From: Octopus vulgaris
Lineage: Eukaryota
Length of the DNA stretch: 64,000 bases
Direction of reading: 5' to 3'
NCBI GenBank assembly: GCA_951406725.2
Contig: OX597815.1
Coordinates: forward strand, 31,930,001 to 31,994,000
The translations under genes and the position numbers were made by a program. Positions within the stretch are counted from its first letter, which is position 1, and each line of letters begins with the position of its first letter. This document shows positions 53,678-64,000 of the stretch, one piece after another. Under the pieces are notes generated by a model. The model was given only the letters and a program-made list of their open reading frames with translations. It did no database searches and was not told the DNA's origin.

Positions 53678-55113
53678 GTATATATATATTTATATACATA
53701 TATACCTATATATATATATGTAAGTTCAGTAAAATTTAGATTCAGTTGAATATGGTACTTAAGTTAAAGGCACCAGAATTTAGTATGGTATTATCCATAT
53801 AATTCAAAATGGGTGATTACAATCAAAATAAGCAACCTCTAAATATTCTTGTTGCTTACCTCTGAATATCCTTGTTGCTTCTTTTGATTATATATACATA
53901 TATGAATCTTATTCTTTTGCTTACAAATTACTGACCGTAATGGTTTTCTACCTCCAATTCAAAAGAGGTTATATGTCCTCAGCTGTCTATCTAGAGTCTG
54001 ACAAGTCGTCCATAAAGCTAAACGCTTAATGGATGCAAAACCATTGGTCACTCTATAACCGGACATATATTTACTGCTCTATACTTTAGAGTGTGCTTCA
54101 TTTTTGGATAGATGATCCACTGACTATATATATATATATATATATATATAGTGGAGGCACATGACCTAGTGGTTAGAGCAGCGGACTCGCAGGTTCGAAT
54201 CTCAGACTGGGCGATGTGTGTGTTTATGAGTGAAACACCTAAAATCCATGTGGCTTTGGCAGAAGGTAATGGCAAACTTCTGCTGACTCTTTTGCCATGA
54301 CTTTCTCTCAATCTTTCCTCCTGCATCTTGCAGCTCACCTGCGGCAGACTGGTGTCCCATCTTGGTGGGGAACCTATACGCCAAGGAAACCGGGAAACTG
54401 GCCCTATGAGCCAGGTATGGCTCAACAAGGAACAAACATATATATATATATATAAAATTAATAAAATATATATACTACTTAGAAGAAAATTGTCATGATA
54501 TTTGGCTGTGGGTTTAAAGTGAAAGACTGCAGGCAACAAAGTTTTATAGTTCAAACCTTGCTACTGTACCTAGAGAACTGTTACTGATAGAGCCAGTAAG
54601 ATACTACTAGTTGTTTGTATCTTGTGACTCATGCACAAGTTTCTTTCGACAATATATATGATTTGAACTCAGAACATAAAGATAGACAATGTGCTAGTAA
54701 GCATTTTGTTCAGCTTGTTAACAGTCCTAGCAGCTTGTCGCCTTATACCATGTACAAATAATGGTCTCATATTTTGGCACTTGGTCAGCAATTTCAGGAG
54801 AGCGGTTAAGTTGATTATATCAACCCCAGTGCTCAGCTGGTACTTAGTTTATCAACCCCACAAGCACAAAACACAATGTCGACTTCAACGGAATTTGAAC
54901 TCAGAACATAAAGATGAACAATAATTCTGCTAAGCATTTTGTCCAGCAAGCTAGTGGTTCTATCAGCCTGTCACCTGTAAAGCATGTAGCAATAATATGA
55001 ACAAAATAGGTTGTATTATAAAATGAAGTGGAAGGTGGAAGATGAAGAAGAGGAAGAAGGAGAAAGCAGAAGTAACAATTACAATAACAAAATAACAATA
55101 AAGGAAAACATAC

Positions 55114-55255
55114 CATAAGGTTTTGTTATATTTGGACAGACTCCAGGGAAATGGTTGCTGAAGAGAAGCAAATGTGTAGAATAAACCATAGGACATTTCC
55201 ACAGAAAACATCAAACAGCGAATGTAGGTCATGATCAACAGGGCTATACCTGCTC
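55114..55255 (-). CDS. divergent SLC6 exon (TM3-EL2 start); most 5' exon identified
   Basis: TTTCAG/GTATGT; 142 nt; (G)AGIALLIMTYIRCLMFSVEMSYGLFYTFASLQQPFPWSLSKYNKTL, colinear with GAT1 GVGLAAAV...SFTTTLPW. Confidence 0.92.
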
Positions 55256-55493
55256 CTGAAAAATAATATAAATTCAACAATGAATAACAGCAACAACAAT
55301 AATCATCATCATCATCTTCATTTAATGTCCAATAATGATGATGATGATGATGATAATAATAACAATGATGATGATGATGATGATAATAACAACAATAATG
55401 ATGATGATGATGATGATGATAATAACAACAATGATGATGATGATGATGATGATGATGATAATAACAACAATGATGATGATGATGATGATGATA

Positions 55494-56278
55494 AATGCCC
55501 TGATGCAGTACCAAGCAGTGGCTCTCATGGCTTCTGATCTTAACTGATTGGAAGTGTTATCATGTACATTGTTTTGTCTTAGTATAAAAGATGGGCTACA
55601 GCAAATATTCTGCACAATACCACAGATTTGCTTGTCAGTTGTTTGACCTTAACCTGTCGAGCATATCCCTTAGTGGCTAATGATATGTGCATCTCTGATC
55701 ACGAGCAGAATTAGTTGGGGAGCATCATAGCCATGTGTTGAGAGGAATTCTTTGGGGTTTGAATAATTCACCTTTGAAAACATGGGTGTTTCATTCAAAA
55801 TCCTTAAACAACCCTTATTCGGGGACCTTATGATCAGGATGAGCTACTCAACCTGAAGAAAATTCTAACTGGGCCCCACCTGCAAGGTCATGCACTGTTT
55901 ATCTTGATATGAAGTCACCATATCATGCACACATGGTTGTGATGCATGTGCCTAGTGTACCCTTATCAGACGGGTAGTCATGATGGGTATACTGGGCTTT
56001 GTATATTTTACCCCAGAAACTGGATATAGTCTTAATTGAGAAAGAAAACAAACTATGCCGAATCATAGATATAGCATGCCCAGCTGACAACAAGATATGC
56101 GATAAGGAAGAAAGAAAAGTTGAAAGATATCTTGTTATGAGATCCCCATGTCACGCACACATGGTTGTGATGCATGTGCCTAGTGTACCCTTATCAGATG
56201 GGTAGTCATGATGGGTATACTGGGCTTCGTATATTTTACCCCAGTGTCACTTTGATGGCATGCACTGCTCTCTCACTC
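55494..56278 (+). mobile_element. non-coding (TAA)n-tailed retroposon (family D), rearranged copy
   Basis: Near-identical to 56790-57332; ends GCACTGCTCTCTCACTC(AAT)n; 5'-truncated copies at about 58640-58780 and 60200-60350. Confidence 0.8.
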
Positions 56279-56297
56279 AATAATAATAATAAAAATA

Positions 56298-56790
56298 AGG
56301 CATCGTCGAAAATAGAAATGCAAAGATCCTCTGGGATTTTATGATTCTGTGCGACCATGAGATAGAGAATAGGAAACTGGATATAGTCTTAATTGAGAAA
56401 GAAAACAAACTATGCCGAATCATAGATATAGCATGCCCAGCTGACAACAAGATATGCGATAAGGAAGAAAGAAAAGTTGAGAGATATGACAAGTTAGCTT
56501 GGGAAGTTAAGCAGTTGTGGTCGATGAAAAAAGGTAGCAGTAGTACCAATAATTGTCGGAGCCCTAGGAACGGTGAGCAAAAATCTTGAGAAGTACATGG
56601 AACAAATAAGGGCTGCAATAAGGGTGGAGCACTTGCAGGAAATAGCACTGCTTGGAACCACTCGAATACTCCGGAAGGTGCTCAAAAAATAAGAGGTGTT
56701 ACCTTAGTTCACTGGTAGTGAACAGCTGACACCGTAGTACATCTCCAGCACTAGAAGCTGGGCAAAGGCAATAATAATAATAATAATAAT
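56298..56790 (+). mobile_element. RLE (R4/Dong-like) LINE 3' end with (TAA)n tail
   Basis: KILWDFMILCDHEIENRKLDIVLIEK...IIDIACPAD...KVERY..L...VPIIVGALG; PD-(D/E)xK-like endonuclease. Confidence 0.88.
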
Positions 56791-57332
56791 GCCTAGGCTG
56801 TGGCTCTTGTGACTTCTGATCTTAACTGATTGGAAGTATTATTATGTACACTGTTTTGTCTTGGTATAAAAGATGGGCTACAACAAATATTCTGCTCAAT
56901 ACCACAGATTTGCTTGTCAGTTGTTTGACCTTAACCAGTTGAGCATGTCCCTTAGTGGCTGACGATATGTGCATCTCTGATCACAAGCAGAAGTAGTGGG
57001 GGAGCATCATAGCCATGTGTTGAGAGGGATTCTTTGGGGTTTGAATAATTCACCTCTGGAAACATGGGTGGTTCTTTCAACATCCTTAAACAACCCTTAT
57101 TCAGGGACCTTTTGAGTGGGATGGGCTACTCAACCTGAAGAAAATTCTAACTGGGCCCCACCTGCAAGGTCATGCACTGTTTATCTTGATATGATATCAC
57201 CATGTCGCACACATATGGTTGTGATGCATGTGCCTAGTGTACCCTTATCAGACAGGTAGTCATGATAGGTATACAGGGCTTCATATATTTTACCCTGGTG
57301 TCACTTTGATGGCATGCACTGCTCTCTCACTC
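56790..57332 (+). mobile_element. family D retroposon with (TAA)n tail
   Basis: Matches 55510-56278. Confidence 0.8.
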
Positions 57333-57356
57333 AATAATAATAATAATAATGATAAC

Positions 57357-57391
<35 letters not shown>

Positions 57392-58531
57392 TGATGATAA
57401 CGATGATGATAATGATTTCAAATTTTGGTACAGGGTCAGCAAATTTGAGGATAGGGGATAAGTTAATTACATCACCTAAAGTGCTCAACTGGTATCTATT
57501 TCATCAACACTAGAAGGATGAAAGGTAATGTCTAATATTGGGGCATATAAGACCTTGACAGGAAAAAAAAATTTAGGCATTAGTACACATGGGAATCCAA
57601 CTCATGTCTATTATTTTCGCAATAAGTATACTGCCAATTATGCCAACATACCTATCCATTTTTACCGTTAAATTTAGAAACTGTAATATCATTAAGGCAA
57701 ATGTGTAAACATGGGTGTATTCTGCGTAAGTTAAGAAATGATGAGAAGTGTAAATTTTGAAAATATGGTTATATGTTGTGTGTGTGTGTATGTGTGTGTG
57801 TGTGTGTGTGTGTATGAATGTGGCCTAAAGTCCTGGTAGGGTGTAAAAGTTAGGGTTGACAGCCCAAATACTGGGCTGTCGACACTGTTGGATTCCAGAC
57901 CAAAGCTGGAATGCTCCCCCTCTTCCTCCTCTTCCTCCTCCTCCTCCTTCTTCTTCTTCTTCTTCTTTTTGATTCCCCCACCACTACCCTACATAGTCTC
58001 TATCCTACTTACTCATCTCTTAACCACACTTATATTTATTTATTTTGTGCTTTTTTTTCTTTTTTTTTTTGTTTCTTCCAAATATAAGCCAAAAACCAAA
58101 GCCTGGAAGAAGCACAATGTGAGAGCACACCTTTGATGCCGAATCTTTGCATAGAGCTGATACAGAAACAATTATAACAAATCATTAAAGATGTGTTACA
58201 AAATTTTCTTTGTCTTCTTATGTGCATACACATGTATGTGTGTATGAGTATGTGTGTGAGTGTGTATGTACATATGTATGTATGTAGGTATGTATGTATG
58301 TATGTATGTGTGTGTATGTATGTATGTATGTATGTATGTATGTATGTGTAAGACAGTCCTCCACAGTTTCTGCCAACCAAATCCACTCATAAGGCATCGG
58401 TTGGCCTGGGGCTATAGATGAAGACACTTGCCCAAGGTATCATATACAGGTACTGAACCTGAAACCACGCAGTTGCAAAGTAAGCTTCTTAACCACCCAC
58501 CATGTCTGTTCCTATATAATGGAACATCACT

Positions 58532-58584
<53 letters not shown>

Positions 58585-58899
58585 ATAATAATAATAATAG
58601 CAATGATTATTGTGAGATAATAAAGATAACAGCATTAATACTTCTTTGATGGCACGTGTTGCTCTCTCACTCATGTGCCTGATGTACCCTTATCAGACAG
58701 GTAGTCACAATGGGTAAACTGGGCTTCGTATATTTTACCCCAGTTTCACTTTGATGGCATGCACTGCTCTCTCACTCAATTATAATAATAATAGTACATG
58801 GAGCCTTCCACTAATAAGACAAGAAAAATGTTGACAGTACACACAGCCTTCCACCCTAAGAGTGACACTGATAGTCTGTGTTTGTCCAGAAGAAAAGTT

Positions 58900-60146
58900 G
58901 GGAGAGGTTTGATCAGTTGCCAGACTGTATCGAAGCAGAGGAAAACAGCTTAGGGTAGAATATAAAAATGCCATGGAGCCATTTTTGAAACATTCGAAGA
59001 AGGCCAGCATCATCAAAACTGAGAATTGTGTAATGAAGGAAAAATTTAAAGAAGAAATGAACAGAAAAAAAGAAACAGCATGGAAGGAGAAATAAAATGT
59101 ATGGACAGTTTGCAAGAAATGTGAATGCCAAAACAGATACAGAGGACCGGTGGCTATGGATGAGGAGGAGTGACCTGAAGATAGAGACAGAAACATTCAT
59201 ATGCGCAGCTCAAGAACAAGCATTAAGGACCAACTATGTAAAGTGCAGAATAGATAACACTACTAACAGCAACAAATGCAGAATGTGTGGTGAGACAGGT
59301 GAAACAATATGGCATTCATTAGTGAATGCCCGAAATTGGCACAACGCAAATACAAAAGATGCCAAGGCAATGTGACTGCCATTGGGAGCTCTGTGGAAAC
59401 CACGGCCTGCAAAGAGCAAAAACGTGGTATGAGCAAACCCCAGAAGGAGTCACAGAGAATGTGGATGCAATGATTAAATGCAATCACCTGACCAGACATC
59501 AGGAACCAGACATTGTTGTGGTGAATAAAAAAGAAAAACATATGCATGATAATCAACAGAGCATACCTGGTGACAACAGGATCAATGTGAAAGAAGAAGA
59601 AAAACAAACAACTATGATGATTTGGCATGGGAAATACGAAGGTAGTGATTAATGAGGAGAGTAGATGTGATACCTATTTCTTTATTACCCACAAGGGGCT
59701 AAACACAGAGGGGACAAACAAGGACAGACATAGGTATTAAGTCGATTACATCGACCCCAGTGAGTAAATGGTACTTAATTTATCGACCCCAAAAGGATAA
59801 AAGGCAAAGTTGACCTCGGCGGAATTTGAACTCACAACGTAACGCAGACGAAATACCGCTAAGCATTTCGCCCGGCGTGCTAACGTTTCTGCCAGCTCGC
59901 CGCCTTCAAAATAGTAGATGTGATACCAATCACAATTGGTGCACTTGGAAGTACCAGCACTCTGAAAAAAATTAGTGCATGTGTGGAAGTAGAACACCTA
60001 CAAAAATCAGCATTGCTTGGAACTGCAAGAATTCTTTGCAGAGTTCTTGAAGCATGGCCAATAAACAAGTGTCACCTTAGTCTGTTAGCTGTGGACAGCT
60101 GACACTTTCCATCATACCCAGCAAAATAAGCTGTGAGTTTTCATCA

Positions 60147-60195
<49 letters not shown>
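58900..60195 (+). mobile_element. RLE (R4/Dong-like) LINE 3' portion (CCHC knuckle plus endonuclease), interrupted by SINE B (59675-59906, minus strand)
   Basis: MYGQF...ETETFICAAQEQALRTN...CRMCGETGETIWH; PDIVVV; PITIGALG; LQKSALLGTARIL; (TAA)n tail; SINE TSD AGTAGATGTGATACC at 59660-59674 and 59913-59927. Confidence 0.9.
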
Positions 60196-60198
<3 letters not shown>

Positions 60199-60782
60199 GT
60201 GTCATGTACATATGGTCGTGTTATGCACATATGGTTCGGTTGCCTGTGCCTGGTGTACCCTTATCAGACAGGGGAGTCATGATGGATATATTGGGCTTCG
60301 TGTATTTGTACTCCAGCACCTCTTTGGTGGCATGTGCTGCTCTCTTGCTCAATAATAATGATGATGATAATGATAATAATAATAAGAACACCAACAACAA
60401 CAACAAAAATTACTACAGTCATCATCAACAAAATTATCATCACCATTTTTGTACTCTGTGCTTGCAATTCATCATTATCTTGTCTATGTGCAGGCTTTTG
60501 GGGAATGACCGGAGGTTCACTTTCCTTCTGACTTTTAGTTGTATCTAGAAAGCTATTCAGTGCACTATGTATTAAAATACATTTCAGACTTTCCTTATCA
60601 TAGTAGAGATAAGAAATGTATCTTACTTCTTTAAGAGAAGGAATAAAAATTAAGCGAAAATAAGCAGCCATTGAAGAACTAATTAAATAGCAGCACAGCA
60701 CCAAATGAAATATTAATTTTTAGTCAACAAGAATGAGGAAGAATAATGTATTTGTATTGAGATATATATATATATATATATA

Positions 60783-61180
60783 GGCGCAGGAGTGGCTGTT
60801 TGGTAAGTAGCTTGCTAACCAACCACATGGTTCCGGGTTCAGTCCCACTGCATGGCATCTTGGGCAAATGTCTTCTGCTATAGCCCCGGGCTGACCACTG
60901 CCTTGTGAGTGGATTTGGTAGACGGAAACTGAAAGAAGCCTGTCGTATATATGTATATATATATAAGTGTGTGTATATGTTTGTGTGTCTGTGTTTGTCC
61001 CCTAGCATTGCTTGACAACCGATGCTGGTGTGTTTACGTCCCCGTCACTTAGCGGTTCGGCAAAAGAGACCGATAGAATAAGTACTGGGCTTACAGAGAA
61101 TAAGTCCCGGGTCGATTTGCTCAACTAAAGGCGGTGCTCAGCATGAGTCAAATGACTGAAACAAGTAAAAGAGTAAATAG
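60783..61180 (+). mobile_element. SINE family A
   Basis: Full-length copy. Confidence 0.9.
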
Positions 61181-61185
61181 AAAAA

Positions 61186-61222
<37 letters not shown>

Positions 61223-61363
61223 GGAGTAAACACATAAATGTGAAACAAGGAGGAAAAATGAGTACTCAGTGGTAGAGTAATATGCTTTATTTAAAGCAGC
61301 AGAAAATTCAACAAAACCTGTTACTCTGAGTTTCTCGTTGAATTTTCTGCTGCTTTAAATAAA

Positions 61364-61391
<28 letters not shown>

Positions 61392-61399
<8 letters not shown>

Positions 61400-61618
61400 A
61401 ACAGTTTACAAACAGTGGAACTTTGAATAAATTAAGAGCCAGGGAATTTATTTATACTTTCACAAAATATTGATAATTTTTAAAAATATATAACATTTGG
61501 AGAGATAATAAACATGATAAAATTTGATTTAGATGATGTAAAATCTTTACTTGATATTTTTAGCAATACATTTCTTAGAAACCTATATATCTATCCACCT
61601 ATCTGTTCACATAAAATA

Positions 61619-61717
<99 letters not shown>

Positions 61718-61836
61718 CCTATCTGTCTGTCTAGCTATCTTTCCGTCTATCTATCTATTTATCTATCTGTCTGTCTGTCTATCTATCTTTTTGTCTGTCT
61801 GTCTGCCTGCCTGTCTAGATAGACAGACAGACAGAC

Positions 61837-61910
<74 letters not shown>

Positions 61911-62137
61911 TCTTGTATGTGAACGGATAGGTGGATAGATATATAGGTTTCTAAGAACTGTATTGCTAATGATATCATGTAAAGATTTTACATCATCTAA
62001 ATCAAATTTTATCATGTTTATTATCTCTCCAAATGTTATATATTTTTAAAAAATTATCAATATTTGTGAAACTATAAATAAATTTCCTGGCTCTTAATTT
62101 ATTCAAAGTTCCACTGTTTGTAAACTGTTTCCAATAT
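61392..62137. repeat. about 745-bp inverted repeat (palindrome) with (TATC)n/(GATA)n core
   Basis: ATATTGGAAACAGTTTACAAACAGTGG... mirrored by ...CCACTGTTTGTAAACTGTTTCCAATAT; ORFs 61514+ and 62015- encode near-identical peptides. Confidence 0.95.
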
Positions 62138-62157
62138 CTGTCTGTCTGTCTGTAGGC

Positions 62158-62570
62158 AAGTTTTGTCTTGCGAATGTTTCAAAAAAAGATGGGTGAATGT
62201 AGCAAGGACGGCACGTATGAATGACGAGGCCACCTTGAGCATAATCCAATGAACCCAGAATTTAAAACAGAGGGTTACTTACTTGCAAATAAATGTTTTA
62301 ACATGTGATATTATTGACCGAGGTTATCGTGGTCTTTTCCGTAGGCTTTTCTTTTCACGGATAAACCTTATCTGCTTCCCCCTTTACACTTTACATCATG
62401 ACATTTCTGTGATACACGATCCCTATTGATAATTTTTTTTCTTTCTTTTTTAAGATCCCTTTTGATCGAAAACCTACTCCCCTTTTATTTTTTTTTCTCC
62501 CCAAAAATAAAAGCTCTACTTTGTAATCTGTCCCTTCTGTGTTCAGCCCTGTGTGGCTAATAAAGAAATG
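62158..62570 (+). mobile_element. LINE 3' end (Tx1/L1-like ORF2 terminus plus 3' UTR)
   Basis: VLSCECFKKRWVNVARTARMNDEATLSIIQ* followed by T-rich UTR ending CAGCCCTGTGTGGCTAATAAAGAAAT; clade is inferred. Confidence 0.5.
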
Positions 62571-62965
62571 TATCTATCTACTTGTGTACAAGGCCAACTA
62601 GCCAGCCAACCAACCAGCCAGCTAGCAAGCTATCCAACCAGCCAGCCAGCCAACCAGCCAGCAAGCCATGCATGTACCAGCCTAGCTATCTATCCAACAG
62701 CCTATCAATATTTGTGATCATTAAGGTGGCAAACTGGCAGAACAGTTAGCACATTGGGAAAACTGCTTAGCAGCATTTTGTCCATCTCATGGTTCTGAGT
62801 TCAATTTCATCTGAGGTCAACTTTCCCTTTCGTCCTTACGGTTCAATAAAACAAAATACCAGTTGAACACTAATGGGTGGGTGGATTGGGGGGTCAATGT
62901 AATTGACTTATCTCCTCCACCTGAAATTGGTGCTTTGTGCCAAAAATTTGAGACTAATATTTGTT

Positions 62966-63000
<35 letters not shown>

Positions 63001-63130
63001 TTTAATATCTACTTTTCTATGTTTGCGTGTGGAGGACGGAGTTTTGCTGAGGCAGACTTTCTATGGCCAGATGCCCTTCCTGTTGCCAACTCTCACCTGT
63101 TTCCATGCAAGGTGATATTTTCCTTTGGCC

Positions 63131-63345
63131 AAGGCAGCGAGCTGGCAGAAACGTTAGCACGCCAGGTGAAATGCTTAGCGGTATTTCGTCTGTCTTTACG
63201 TTCTGAGTTCAAATTCCGCCGAGGTCGACTTTGCTTTTCATCCTTTCAGAGTTGATAAATTAAGTACCAGTTGCATGCTGGGGTCGATCTAATCATCTGG
63301 CCTCTCTCCCCTTAAATTTTCGGCCTTGTGCCTAGAGTAGAAAAG
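63131..63345 (+). mobile_element. SINE family B
   Basis: Full head and core; another copy at 62725-62960. Confidence 0.85.
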
Positions 63346-63477
63346 AGTATTTTCCCATGGCCAGAATATGGAAATGAATGAAACTGCTTTGTATATCAGT
63401 AGACTCATTTACAACTATCACACTGTGTCAAGACAAGGAGACACAAACATCCATATATATATATATATATATATATA

Positions 63478-63860
63478 CTAGCAGTATTGCCCAGCATTGC
63501 TTGGGTTTGTTTTGACCCTTTAGAATTGGATCTTTGAAAATTAAAAATTTTGCATTATGTATTCTCTTTAAGTGAACATTTTTCTTGTTGAAATACACCG
63601 AAAAATGGCGACACAGCAGTCAAAAAATAGTAACAAATAGGGATTTTCATAGAAAAAAAGCACCTTTTTGATGTAAATAATTTTTGGTGTTAACATTGTC
63701 CGATTTGAATTTTTTCTTCTACGGAAAGTAGAGTAAGCCTTCTTCTATCATACTCTCAATTTTGGTCAACTTGCGCCGCAGGGTCTCGGAGGAGATAGTG
63801 TTAGTTGAAGGCTACCAAACCTGCCATACACAGACAACTTCAGCTTTATATATAGAGAGA
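63478..63860 (-). mobile_element. non-autonomous Helitron
   Basis: Minus strand starts TC(TC)TATATATAAAG and ends with hairpin CCCAAGCAATGCTGGG about 8 nt before CTAG; inserted between A and T. Confidence 0.7.
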
Positions 63861-63861
63861 T

Positions 63862-64000
63862 ACTCTCTCTTTACTCTTTTACTTGTTTCAGTCATTTGAC
63901 TGCGGCCATGCTGGAGCACCGCCTTTAGTCAATCAAATCAACCCTGGCACTTATTCTTTGTAAGCCCAGTACTTATTCTATCGGTCTCTTTTGCTGAACC
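63862..64000 (-). mobile_element. SINE family A 3' end (runs off window)
   Basis: Reverse complement of the family A tail. Confidence 0.88.

Noticed and set aside
58036-58160. SSRLWFLAYIWKK resembling TM1 GNVWRFPYLC
   Set aside because: Runs into poly-A with no usable donor; likely chance similarity
60440-60704. Hydrophilic ORF segment (DTTKSQKESEPPVIPQKPAHRQ...) as an SLC6 N-terminal exon
   Set aside because: Weak donors, no SLC6 motif, and no TM1-TM2 exon found between it and 55255; unsupported without RNA data

Overview
AT-rich, microsatellite- and retroposon-saturated metazoan genomic DNA. The tRNA-derived SINE families, RTE/RLE LINEs and repeat landscape most resemble an octopus (coleoid cephalopod) genome; this is an inference from repeat recognition. 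Almost all ORFs in the supplied track are microsatellite or SINE artefacts. Two spliced genes can be read, both on the minus strand. (1) The first two coding exons of a failed-axon-connections/metaxin-GST-like (FAXC-like) gene (9765-9692, 4241-4100); it continues past the left edge. (2) Twelve phase-compatible GT-AG exons (55255 to 22756, 1592 nt, about 530 codons) encoding TM3 to the C-terminus of a highly divergent SLC6/NSS transporter. Its TM1-TM2 exons were not found and probably lie beyond the right edge. The ORF is intact, but it has lost most canonical Na+/Cl-/gate residues and the EL2 disulfide. The rest is at least three SINE families, fragments of RTE, CR1/L2-like, Tx1-like and RLE (R4/Dong-like) LINEs, Tc1/mariner, pogo-like, Merlin and Helitron remnants, Penelope-like remnants with minimal hammerhead-ribozyme motifs, several palindromes (one about 745 bp) and long simple repeats.
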